From a virus: DNA of 32,000 nt. The stretch is from the IMG/VR virus record IMGVR_UViG_3300045988_150569, positions 80,613 to 112,612 of that record; one strand, written 5' to 3'. Shown here piece by piece: positions 18,396-27,043 of the stretch. The first letter of the stretch is position 1. The number at the start of each line of letters is the position of its first letter. The translations under genes and the position numbers were made by a program. Under the pieces are notes generated by a model that was given only the letters and a program-made list of their open reading frames with translations, was not told where the DNA came from and did not search any database.

Positions 18396-20654
18396 TTATG
18401 CTGCTTTATTGTTATGAGAATCTAAAAACTGAAGAAATTCTGCTTTCAACTTCTCATAATTATCTTTCTCTGAACCTGTGAAAATTCTATGCTGTTTTTC
18501 CATTTCATTGAGCCATTCACTAAACTCTTCGTCTTTCTCTGCATTACAAGCATATGCCATTAGTGCTAACAATACCGGCATACCAACTTTGTATACACAG
18601 GAGTCTAACTTAAGATAGTCGTCAATAAAATCCTTATACAGTTCAATGTCTTCCTGTTCTACATTTGGATCAGCTACCTCTTTTACAAACTGTAACTCAT
18701 AATCTTCTTCTGACTGTGATTCAGTTACTACTGATTCTGTTTCTTTTGTAGTAACATTATCTTCTGTTGTCTCTTCTACTGTATTATTCTCGTTTTCAGT
18801 TACTTCTTCATTAGTTACTTCTTCATATGTATTTTCTGTTTCTTCTACTTCTTCAATATGTAAATAATCCTTCATAAGAGTAACCAATAGATTGATTTTT
18901 CCCATGATGGTAGTTCTCTTTTTACTCTGTTCTGATTTAAAAGTTTTCATGCTTACACCATCTACTGTACGATCCTTTAAATCGGTTACATACGCATTAA
19001 GAAAATCTACAAATCTATTGTCTTCAATGTTATACTTTGTAAATTCATTGAATACCGCTACCCACATTGGAATGGCAGCTGGAGTAAATAACTTGGTAAC
19101 TTCCTTATTATTTTCTCCAATTGCTAATTCCAAACGGTTTAAATCAGAATTAAGCTGTTCAAACTCTTCGTCTGTAGCATTTTCATCTACATACTTATAG
19201 GCATTTTCCAATTTAGCTTTCCAATCGTCCTTATGAAACAAAAGCATAATTGCTTCGGCAACTACACGTTCCAGTTTACCTTTAGTCTCATTAGTTGTAG
19301 TGATTTTACAGCAATTTTTGAAAAACATATTCTTCTCAGAGATTTTCTTAATTTTCCCAGCTGTTACGGTAGTAATCTTGGTCAGTCCCAACTGCTCCTT
19401 GTTCATAGATGAGTGGTTGTTGTAGTCGCGAAGGTGATCCGCAATTTGCTGATCCGTGCAGTTAAAAAACTTAGTCACATTGAAATTAAATACATCAAAT
19501 CTCTTTTTTAATTCATCAGGAAGATCTTTGTAGTATTTTCCAATAACATCACATACTTTTAATTCGTAAGTTGGAAATCCGTTGTCATCTAAAATTCGAT
19601 TTCCGTTTTCGTCTAAAGAATATTCTCTATATTCAATTAAGTGTCTTTCTGCACCTACACTTCCAATTTTAATACGATTATTTCTAAATGCCTCCGCATA
19701 AGATAAACGCTGTAAACCATCAATTAAATATGCAATAATCAATTCCTTTACTTTTTGCTCACATAAAACGATTTCAGGAACAGGAAGAGAACTTAATATT
19801 CTACAGAAATAACGATTCGCTTCTTCTTCTGACCACTGAAATGGTTTTCTCTGTAAAATGTATTTACAGTTAATGTCACCATCTTTTTTCTGCTGCAATA
19901 ATGTGAACATTGGTAATTTGTCCATTCTGTAATCTTCGGATTCGCTAATAGCAATTACTCTGTCTTTCATATCATATTCCTCCATATTATATTTCGTGTC
20001 TTTTAAAAACATTTCCATATTTTCATTTCTCTTAATCCGCTCTACTGCGTTTTCATAATCGCTTTGCGATATATCTAAGATCTTCTTAATTTTTTCTACA
20101 GGAACTTTCCTCATTTTCAAAATAGTAATTCGCTTCTGTAACCGTGGCATACTATCAAGAAGTATATTTACCTTTTCTACAGAATCATCTCCATTTAATC
20201 CAAGTTCTGTCTCTACACTGAAATTGGACGGGATTTTTTCTCTTAAATCAGATCCATCTTCCAATGGAACATCCATAGAAACATCATAGACTTTCTTTTT
20301 TATTGGTTTTCCATTCTTATCTTTTTTAATCTCTCCATTTTCATCTGTTTCATATTCCAGGTTGCACCGCTTCCAAGTCAGCTGATCACGGCTCCAATCA
20401 TAGAATGACCGTTTAATATTTCCTGTAAGAAATGTATTAAAGGAACAATCTGCTGTTTCATCAAATGTCTGAACACTTTCCAGAAGAACTTTCAGTGCAT
20501 CACTGTACAAGTCATCATAATCCTTCTGATCTACGTTCTTCATATTAATGATTGGATTACAAATCCGTTTTAATCTCGCCATATCATTTTCAGAATAATA
20601 TGTAACTAATTCCATCTGTTTTTCATTCAGACTTATTTTTTCTACTTTTCCCAT
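18396..20654 (-). CDS. sigma-factor-like N-terminus fused to DUF262-like domain
   Basis: Sigma region 2-like DYDDLYSDALKVLLESVQTFDETADCSFNTFLTGNIKRSFYDWSRD; later DUF262-like YILQRKPFQWSEEEANRYFCRILSSLPVPEIVL...YLIDGLQRLSYAEAF. Confidence 0.75.
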   Translation of the reverse strand: MGKVEKISLNEKQMELVTYYSENDMARLKRICNPIINMKNVDQKDYDDLYSDALKVLLESVQTFDETADCSFNTFLTGNIKRSFYDWSRDQLTWKRCNLEYETDENGEIKKDKNGKPIKKKVYDVSMDVPLEDGSDLREKIPSNFSVETELGLNGDDSVEKVNILLDSMPRLQKRITILKMRKVPVEKIKKILDISQSDYENAVERIKRNENMEMFLKDTKYNMEEYDMKDRVIAISESEDYRMDKLPMFTLLQQKKDGDINCKYILQRKPFQWSEEEANRYFCRILSSLPVPEIVLCEQKVKELIIAYLIDGLQRLSYAEAFRNNRIKIGSVGAERHLIEYREYSLDENGNRILDDNGFPTYELKVCDVIGKYYKDLPDELKKRFDVFNFNVTKFFNCTDQQIADHLRDYNNHSSMNKEQLGLTKITTVTAGKIKKISEKNMFFKNCCKITTTNETKGKLERVVAEAIMLLFHKDDWKAKLENAYKYVDENATDEEFEQLNSDLNRLELAIGENNKEVTKLFTPAAIPMWVAVFNEFTKYNIEDNRFVDFLNAYVTDLKDRTVDGVSMKTFKSEQSKKRTTIMGKINLLVTLMKDYLHIEEVEETENTYEEVTNEEVTENENNTVEETTEDNVTTKETESVVTESQSEEDYELQFVKEVADPNVEQEDIELYKDFIDDYLKLDSCVYKVGMPVLLALMAYACNAEKDEEFSEWLNEMEKQHRIFTGSEKDNYEKLKAEFLQFLDSHNNKAA

Positions 20655-20665
20655 ATTGAACCTAC

Positions 20666-21280
20666 CTAATTGTTATGTATTTCTGTTTCACTCTCATCAT
20701 CTTCGTTTCCTTCGATGATTCGATATGTATATTTTCTATGGAAAAGTCCATCCACGGCTTTTTGAATCCGTTCACGTTGAACACATTCTGGATTGATATT
20801 CGTCAGAACATTCTGGATAATCTGGATTTCATCTTTTGTTTCTCTACGCTGAGTACGGTTTTCACGGATAGCCTTATAGAGCTGCCAGCCTGTATATAAA
20901 TCTTTCGGCTTCTCAATCTCGATTGAATGAAGGATATTAAGCAATCCCTTATCAAGATCATACAGAATACCGATCAGCTCATTGCTTCGTTTTACAGCCG
21001 AGTTGAAAATATCTCCGCAGGTTCCAAATTGTTCCACCCAACGAGTAATATTCTCAGATGGTTTATACGTTTGTGGCGTCTCAATTACTCTCGGAGGGAT
21101 TTCAGGAATGGCTTCCATGAAGAATTTCATTTTCTTCATATGTTTTGGAAGCGAATTTAAAACATTTCTTGCTTTGTTGCGATCCATCAGTGTTCTATCT
21201 TTGAAATTGCATGAGACAGGTCTACCACCTGAATCGATTTTGATATAAACTCCCCTATTATTTCTGATTACATAGTCCAT
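20666..21280 (-). CDS. hypothetical protein, likely co-transcribed with the sigma/DUF262 gene
   Basis: ORF ending 12 nt before the start of the 18396..20654 CDS; RBS AAAAGGGAGG. Confidence 0.75.
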   Translation of the reverse strand: MDYVIRNNRGVYIKIDSGGRPVSCNFKDRTLMDRNKARNVLNSLPKHMKKMKFFMEAIPEIPPRVIETPQTYKPSENITRWVEQFGTCGDIFNSAVKRSNELIGILYDLDKGLLNILHSIEIEKPKDLYTGWQLYKAIRENRTQRRETKDEIQIIQNVLTNINPECVQRERIQKAVDGLFHRKYTYRIIEGNEDDESETEIHNN

Positions 21281-21324
21281 TTTCCTTTTCCCTCCTTTTT
21301 ATCAATGGATCATGCAGGATTTAC

Positions 21325-22230
21325 TTAATTATTTTTGTAAATATTACGAACCGCCTCATGTAAATTCTTGCTTTTATATGGAAGTCCATATTTTTTACAC
21401 CATTTTCTAACCGCACTATCTGTAACACCAAATTTTTTACCGATTGATACAAACGAGTCTAAATATAAAAGTTTTTCAAGTTCATTTTTTGGTGGTATAT
21501 TTTTTGCTTTAATTTTATTTCGACATTCTATACACATAACAGCTTTACGATCTTTTATATTTTTCTTACAATATGGACATATTTCTTTTCCTGGAATATA
21601 TATACTCCCCTTATCTTTTATGTCGTTATTTATTTCCTCTACCGTTCTATTATTGTACCTATAGAATGGAATTATTTTCCTTTCCACAATATAACTACCA
21701 TTATCTGTTAAAATCGCCTTCGCGCCGTTATGAAAAGCAATGTGATCATTGCTAGTAGCAAAAACCATTAAATTCTCATGAGAATTATCTTGCCTATTGA
21801 AATTTTTGTGATGAACACATTCTTCTTTATTTAACTGCCTACCAAGCATTTTTTCTGCTTCTAAAACATGCTCATATACACATCCGTTGTCAAAAGCTCT
21901 ATGATGTTCCGGCATATAAATCGCTATATACCCATTCAAATAAGTTTTCCCATTATTTTTATATCCTCTAACAGAACTTACATTTTCCTCTCTTAAATCT
22001 TTACGATTTCCATTTTTATACACATATTGACCGTCTCCAAATAAAATTTTTGACATATTAATACTATGATTATTTATCATAGTCGCAATATTTCCATTAC
22101 TAAGACGTTTCCAACGATACTGATTCACAATATCAAAATTTTTAGAATCAAAATAAAATTTTTCTTTTGTTTTAGGAGTATAACCAATATAATATTCTCC
22201 CATGTTTTCATATGTATTTTTTAATTGCAC
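21325..22230 (-). CDS. HNH endonuclease, homing/phage type (start may be 22203)
   Basis: VYEHVLEAEKMLGRQLNKEECVHHKNFNRQDNSHENLMVFATSNDHIAFH plus CPYCKKNIKD...CIEC zinc cluster and C-terminal HTH-like SIGKKFGVTDSAVRKWCKKYGLP. Confidence 0.8.
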   Translation of the reverse strand: MQLKNTYENMGEYYIGYTPKTKEKFYFDSKNFDIVNQYRWKRLSNGNIATMINNHSINMSKILFGDGQYVYKNGNRKDLREENVSSVRGYKNNGKTYLNGYIAIYMPEHHRAFDNGCVYEHVLEAEKMLGRQLNKEECVHHKNFNRQDNSHENLMVFATSNDHIAFHNGAKAILTDNGSYIVERKIIPFYRYNNRTVEEINNDIKDKGSIYIPGKEICPYCKKNIKDRKAVMCIECRNKIKAKNIPPKNELEKLLYLDSFVSIGKKFGVTDSAVRKWCKKYGLPYKSKNLHEAVRNIYKNN

Positions 22231-22267
22231 ACTTATAAAAATCTACCTCTTTTCTACTTATTTATAG

Positions 22268-22337
22268 TGGATCGTACAGGGTTCGAACCTGCGTTTTCTA
22301 CTTGTTAGACTGCTCTGACCAACTGAGCTAACGATCC
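22268..22337 (-). tRNA. tRNA-like sequence, anticodon not assignable
   Basis: Acceptor GGATCGT/ACGATCC (7 bp), D-arm GCTC-AGTTGGTCA-GAGC, T-arm GCAGG-TTCGAAC-CCTGT; only 70 nt, anticodon/variable region 18 nt. Confidence 0.65.
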
Positions 22338-22474
22338 ATACCAGCAGCCTTTTATTGACCACTGGTTTTGTGTGATTTTGTAATGTAATTAGGAATTTCG
22401 AAACTTTTGTTTACGGGTTACATTTGTATTTTGCGTACACGAAATACAACCTTTGTGCGTCCACAAAGATTTAG

Positions 22475-22547
22475 CGGGGCTGGTGGGATTTGAACCCACG
22501 TATGCGACAGTCAAAGTGTCGAGTCTTAACCACTTGACGACAGCCCT
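22475..22547 (-). tRNA. tRNA-Gln(TTG)
   Basis: Anticodon arm CGACA-CTTTGAC-TGTCG, D-stem GTC/GAC, T-arm GTGGG-TTCAAAT-CCCAC, acceptor with 1:72 mismatch; 73 nt, G73. Confidence 0.85.
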
Positions 22548-22614
22548 ATAATCATATTCTCTTGTTATAAAAATAAAGATTGGAAAATTTCAGCAGATAC
22601 TTGCTTTGATTAAC

Positions 22615-22643
22615 TTGATTTATGAAATGAAACAAAGTATAAT
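22615..22643 (+). promoter_or_regulatory. sigma70-like promoter TTGATT-N17-TATAAT
   Basis: -35 22615-22620, -10 22638-22643, 17-nt spacing. Confidence 0.6.
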
Positions 22644-22649
22644 ATGTAT

Positions 22650-22745
22650 TGCATAGTATCTTGATGGGGTACTTATGTATCAAGACTACCGTATATCTGT
22701 TTTGTGGCGGCAACCACATTATCAGATGGTAGTCTTTTTTTATTT
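22650..22745 (+). ncRNA. candidate small RNA, ~95 nt
   Basis: Follows the promoter above; 5' hairpin CTTGAT...ATCAAG, then a large terminator-like hairpin. Confidence 0.5.
22682..22745 (+). terminator. rho-independent terminator-like hairpin
   Basis: AAGACTACC / GGTAGTCTT stem with inner ATCTG/CAGAT and TGTGG-CGGCAA-CCACA, followed by TTTTTATTTT. Confidence 0.7.
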
Positions 22746-22835
22746 TCCGTTTCCACTTCTGGAATCTCTTTACATTTGCTATTATATAGTCGAACATTTG
22801 TTCTGTCAACTACTTTATCGAACATTTGTTCGATT

Positions 22836-23120
22836 TTATAATTTGGGTTTTAATTTAGGAAGGATGATATTTCTCAATAAGTCTGGGTCTCTTATTTCTC
22901 CATTTATATATAAAGTTTGAAAGATTTCATTTTCATCAAACGTTACTTCTCTTGCTACATCAACAAGACTTTTCCCATATGATTTTTTCTTTCTTTCTGT
23001 TGGTTGATGAACTAATGTAGATCTGCTCCATGTCATAATAGTTACCATTTCTCCAGGAGCTTTATCAATAATCTTTTTGGCTAGCTCTTTTGTAACAGTA
23101 ACAAATCCTATCTCGCTCAT
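22836..23120 (-). CDS. hypothetical protein, possible partner of the MazF/PemK-like protein
   Basis: ORF overlapping the end of the 23117..23515 CDS by 4 nt (translational coupling). Confidence 0.65.
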   Translation of the reverse strand: MSEIGFVTVTKELAKKIIDKAPGEMVTIMTWSRSTLVHQPTERKKKSYGKSLVDVAREVTFDENEIFQTLYINGEIRDPDLLRNIILPKLKPKL

Positions 23121-23515
23121 GCCAATACCTCCTTCCAGTTAATGTCTTCTCCCATAAATAATGTGTTAAAGCAAATCTTATTTATCATATTTTTCTGTTT
23201 TTGATCAACAACAGTTCCGACTTTACGAATAATATCATGTTTTTTATCCAAAGTGGTCGGTTGCTCACCAAGAACCATAGAATATGAAGCGAGACCTGTG
23301 TCTCCATTTGCCTCTATACAACCATGTACAGGAAGATTTTCTTTTTTTATAACATGTGTCAAAGGCATTGCAATAACTATCGGGGCAGCCTTTGTGCCTT
23401 GCTCGTTACCCACTAAAACATATGGGCGTCTTTTTACCTGAATCGATCCTGATAATGTACGGATTTTAATTTCGGCGTCAACTATATCATATCTATGAAG
23501 CATTAATTCAGACAT
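23117..23515 (-). CDS. MazF/PemK-like protein
   Basis: IVDAEIKIRTLSGSIQVKRRPYVLVGNEQGTKAAPIVIAMPLTHVIKKENLPVH matches the MazF/PemK fold pattern. Confidence 0.75.
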   Translation of the reverse strand: MSELMLHRYDIVDAEIKIRTLSGSIQVKRRPYVLVGNEQGTKAAPIVIAMPLTHVIKKENLPVHGCIEANGDTGLASYSMVLGEQPTTLDKKHDIIRKVGTVVDQKQKNMINKICFNTLFMGEDINWKEVLA

Positions 23516-23566
23516 CTTTCGTCTGCCTCCTTTCTCTGTTCATATGTATTGCCTTTGAACAATTTT

Positions 23567-23595
23567 AGTATATTACACTCTACAATTAATGTCAA
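23567..23595 (-). promoter_or_regulatory. sigma70-like promoter TTGACA-N17-TATACT
   Basis: -35 TTGACA (23590-23595) and -10 TATACT (23567-23572), exact 17-nt spacing, upstream of the MazF/PemK-like gene. Confidence 0.8.
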
Positions 23596-23662
23596 GAGTT
23601 ATTGTAGACATTAATTTACTTTTTTATTCTTTTATTGTATACTGTTATTGCAGACATTAATT
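23584..23662. promoter_or_regulatory. candidate operators: three GACATTAATT repeats
   Basis: Copies at 23584-23593 (minus), 23607-23616 (plus) and 23653-23662 (plus) in the divergent intergenic region. Confidence 0.6.
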
Positions 23663-23684
23663 TTCACTTTTATAGAGGTTATAA

Positions 23685-24170
23685 ATGTATAGACTTAATA
23701 TAAAAAACTATGTAGATACTATGTTTGACGGTAATATCAACAAATTTGCAAAAGCAATAGGTGTAAATTATAATCCCGCAAAACAATTATACTCTAGTGA
23801 AACGACACGAATAAATTTCGATGTCCTTACTTCTTTATGTGATACTTTTCACTGTACTCCGAATGATATTCTTATTAATGATGATATATCAAAATGGCAC
23901 GATTCACCTGACACTGTTTTTGATATCAACTATCCAAAAGAAAAATCTCAAAAATCAACATTTACTGTTAGCTTAAATAATCCAAATGATCCAAATGCTC
24001 CAATAAGAGTAAACGTTGATACAAAAGATGAAGAAAAAATGGCTCAAATAGCTCAAGACGTTGCAAACCAAATAGTACATTCTTTTATGCGTAAACATAC
24101 TATCATTTCAAATGATAAATATGATAAGCTAATAGAACAGATTAAGGAATTAAGCGATGCTAAAAAATAG
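23685..24170 (+). CDS. XRE/Cro-CI family transcriptional regulator
   Basis: HTH region NINKFAKAIGVNYNPAKQLYSSETTRINFDVLTSLCDTFHCTPNDIL; divergent from the MazF/PemK-like gene. Confidence 0.8.
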   Translation: MYRLNIKNYVDTMFDGNINKFAKAIGVNYNPAKQLYSSETTRINFDVLTSLCDTFHCTPNDILINDDISKWHDSPDTVFDINYPKEKSQKSTFTVSLNNPNDPNAPIRVNVDTKDEEKMAQIAQDVANQIVHSFMRKHTIISNDKYDKLIEQIKELSDAKK

Positions 24171-24183
24171 CACCGCTTTTCTT

Positions 24184-25191
24184 TTATGCAATTCTCATCT
24201 CGTTTGCCATATCAATGGCAATCTGGTAAACCTCAACTGCTTCTTTACCTTCCTGCATTCCCTTGATAACATTCGTAATTACATTTCCAAAGTCGTTTGA
24301 TTTTAATGAAATGACCGGCATGTTTTTAATGATTTCATCTCCCTTGCCAGCCAGGACATTTTTAATGAATTCGCCGTGATCTTCCAGATACCTTCTCTTC
24401 TGTTCTTCAATCAAACCGATGTAAGTCATTGTAGTTTTCAAGTCTGCATGATTAAAAAGCTTCTGTAATGTTAGCAGGCAGTTCGGATCGAACATATGCA
24501 TTTTATGTGTCCAGTAACCTAACGTCTTACGAAGGCTATGAGTCGACACGGGTGTTGTGATGCCAATAGCCTTCGCAGCCTGTTTTAGTTTCTTTCTATA
24601 ATCATCAGACTGCCACTTTACAACATCATTCCATTCCACTTCATAATATAAGTAACCGCCAAGAGTCCTATATTCTTTCTGTTTTTCAAAATCCTTTAAG
24701 ATTTTCTGTTTTCTATCTTCTGTAAAATCCTTTCCTAAAAACCTGCACCATTCTTCTATATCTGTATTATCATATACTGGATTATCATATCGCTGAATCC
24801 ACGCTGATTTCGCTTCATATTTAAAAAGAAATTCATCATAATGCTCCATAGGATCAATACCGGCATGACTTAAATAAATATCCATTGCTTCATATGTCAT
24901 ATGACTTACTGGCAATTCAGTGACTTTACCTGTCTTCTGTTCTACAATAGTATTAATTGCTTCTTTTCGCTTTCCATTTTCGTAGTACAGATCAGACCAT
25001 TTCATAGAGATAGTATCACCAATACGTCTACCAAGAAGAAGCTCTAACATGGTGATAAAATATCCATCCCAATCTTCTTTTTTCTCAAACCATTCTATAA
25101 CCGCTTTAATATCTTCCATATTCCATAATGGCTGAACTTCTGTTTTACCTTTTTTCTTTGTTGCATATCTACTTTTCTCTTCCATAATCAT
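24184..25191 (-). CDS. tyrosine recombinase/integrase catalytic domain protein
   Basis: Catalytic motifs GRRIGD (Arg), THSLRKTLG (HxxR), FNHAD, TMTYIGL (Tyr). Confidence 0.85.
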   Translation of the reverse strand: MIMEEKSRYATKKKGKTEVQPLWNMEDIKAVIEWFEKKEDWDGYFITMLELLLGRRIGDTISMKWSDLYYENGKRKEAINTIVEQKTGKVTELPVSHMTYEAMDIYLSHAGIDPMEHYDEFLFKYEAKSAWIQRYDNPVYDNTDIEEWCRFLGKDFTEDRKQKILKDFEKQKEYRTLGGYLYYEVEWNDVVKWQSDDYRKKLKQAAKAIGITTPVSTHSLRKTLGYWTHKMHMFDPNCLLTLQKLFNHADLKTTMTYIGLIEEQKRRYLEDHGEFIKNVLAGKGDEIIKNMPVISLKSNDFGNVITNVIKGMQEGKEAVEVYQIAIDMANEMRIA

Positions 25192-25197
25192 TCTCCT

Positions 25198-25749
25198 TTA
25201 CTGAAATAATTCTTTTAAAATCCGAGGCTCATATTTCTGTTCCTGTACACTTTTTATTGCTTTTTTCATACATATAATTCCTTTTGCATTTAATGTTTTA
25301 CCAAGAATACCATCTATCTGCCTCAGCTCATTTTTATAACCCCTTCTTCTGCATTTGCAGTCATGTAGTAATTTGTAAATCTTATAGCCAGCCGCAGCTC
25401 CTAAATTTTTAAACTCAGTAACATGTTCTATGTCTACAATTTTTAAATCTTCTCTCTGTATCAACTTTAGAAGTATAATTCTTCGGCTTTGAAGTTGTTC
25501 CGTAAACCGTTCAATTTCTCCTATCTTTTCTTCTAAATCATAGTTGATAGGAGTATCTTCAATATCATTTGTTGTAAGTTCAATGGTTTCCATATCATAA
25601 GTCCTACATAATGGACAGGTTTTTATTACATTGTTTGCCTTTTCTTTTACTTGCCATATTGATGCATCACTAAAATTATCCACAACCAAATATCCAGCTT
25701 GAGGATTCTGTTTTAAATATTTCTCACCATTAGTTATTATGTATTGCAT
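25198..25749 (-). CDS. hypothetical protein
   Basis: ORF, RBS GGAGG (TTGGAGGTATAAAATG). Confidence 0.75.
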   Translation of the reverse strand: MQYIITNGEKYLKQNPQAGYLVVDNFSDASIWQVKEKANNVIKTCPLCRTYDMETIELTTNDIEDTPINYDLEEKIGEIERFTEQLQSRRIILLKLIQREDLKIVDIEHVTEFKNLGAAAGYKIYKLLHDCKCRRRGYKNELRQIDGILGKTLNAKGIICMKKAIKSVQEQKYEPRILKELFQ

Positions 25750-25854
25750 TTTATACCTCCAATAGTTTCCTATCTATGTATTCTCCATATTGATTTCAAT
25801 TTTTGCGTAAAAAAAATAGAAGCAGATTTCTCTACTTCTACATAAGAACCATAT

Positions 25855-26007
25855 TTACTTATTCCGTTTTAGGATTTCCGTCACTTCCTTTACACTGATC
25901 AGATATATCTTTGCCACTTGTTTCTTATCTTGACAGCGTTGATATTCGTTTATAATATCCCGATCAGTCCACTGGTAATCAACAGGCGGATTCATATAAT
26001 TTTCCAT
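25855..26007 (-). CDS. small HTH-like protein (50 aa)
   Basis: Hand-translated MENYMNPPVDYQWTDRDIINEYQRCQDKKQVAKIYLISVKEVTEILKRNK. Confidence 0.5.
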   Translation of the reverse strand: MENYMNPPVDYQWTDRDIINEYQRCQDKKQVAKIYLISVKEVTEILKRNK

Positions 26008-26011
26008 TAAG

Positions 26012-26431
26012 CTACATCCTATTCTCCACTTTTAATGTTCTCATAAGTGCTTCCTGTAAAATCCGTGACACGTTAATTCCTGCTTGATCCGCAGCATAAT
26101 TTAACCAGCTTGGTAAGGCAACATTTCTTCTTACAGTTTTTGTATCAATTTTCTTTCTATATAATGTAGAATCAATATCTACAAATGAGACCACGGTTTC
26201 TCCATCGTCTGCAAAGGTTCCATTTGCCGGATTTAATTCTTTAAGTTCAGATGGTGTTGGAATTTCTTCTTTATCATCTTCCATTGATACACATTTTAAT
26301 TCAATTGCGTCTCGTGCCATATTCATGGCATCATTCATATCCTTACCTTCTGTTAAAATTCCAAAATCTGGAACTTCAACTAATATATCTTCATTTGTTT
26401 TTGTAAAGAATACAGGATATACATTTTTCAT
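26012..26431 (-). CDS. hicB: HicB-family antitoxin
   Basis: N-terminal YPVFFTKTNEDILVEVPDFGILTEGKDMNDAMNMARDAIEL; located directly next to hicA. Confidence 0.85.
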   Translation of the reverse strand: MKNVYPVFFTKTNEDILVEVPDFGILTEGKDMNDAMNMARDAIELKCVSMEDDKEEIPTPSELKELNPANGTFADDGETVVSFVDIDSTLYRKKIDTKTVRRNVALPSWLNYAADQAGINVSRILQEALMRTLKVENRM

Positions 26432-26490
26432 CTTTTTAAACCTCCATTCTCTAATTATTGATATTCATATGATACTAAAGAAATAATGGA

Positions 26491-26697
26491 CTATAAAAGT
26501 CCATTTCTCTTTAGTATTGCCTTTGCCAAACGCTCATCAATTTCTTTATGTCTCGGAATTGTTTCTTTCACGTTTCCCCGAACATATATGTCATGACTGC
26601 CACCGTGTCTCTCAAAGACAAAACCACCTTTTTCTAGTCCACTGACTAATTCCGTTCTTTTCATGGGTGTCTGCCTCCTTATACATATATTATACAC
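26491..26697 (-). CDS. hicA: HicA-family mRNA interferase toxin
   Basis: TELVSGLEKGGFVFERHGGSHDIYVRGNVKETIPRHKEIDERLAKAILK with catalytic GGSH. Confidence 0.9.
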   Translation of the reverse strand: MYNICIRRQTPMKRTELVSGLEKGGFVFERHGGSHDIYVRGNVKETIPRHKEIDERLAKAILKRNGLL

Positions 26698-26775
26698 ACT
26701 TATTGTGTAATGTCAACGTTTTTATACACACTCAATACACAAAGCCATCAATGAAACCAACCTTTATTTAATTTT

Positions 26776-27009
26776 TTATCCTACATTTAAATATCTCTTT
26801 GCGGTATCATAATCAAAAATACAATCGTGTTCCATATTATCTGAATAAATTGTCACACCTGTTTCATCTTGAGTAACATAATACCAAAGCCCTTCTTTAG
26901 AAAGATAATCCGTGCCATCATTTGAATGTGCATCTTTTTTCATTTGAACCATGTACTTTTTTAATGCACTTTTCAAAACTTCAATATCGGTTATATTATC
27001 TAAATCCAT
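26776..27009 (-). CDS. hypothetical protein
   Basis: ORF in minus-strand series. Confidence 0.6.
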   Translation of the reverse strand: MDLDNITDIEVLKSALKKYMVQMKKDAHSNDGTDYLSKEGLWYYVTQDETGVTIYSDNMEHDCIFDYDTAKRYLNVG

Positions 27010-27043
27010 TTAACCATCTCCATTTTCACTTAAAATGTCTGTT

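Noticed and set aside
22552-22809. 85-aa minus ORF in the ORF track
   Set aside because: Overlaps the promoter/hairpin RNA candidate, low-complexity aromatic/basic composition, no RBS.
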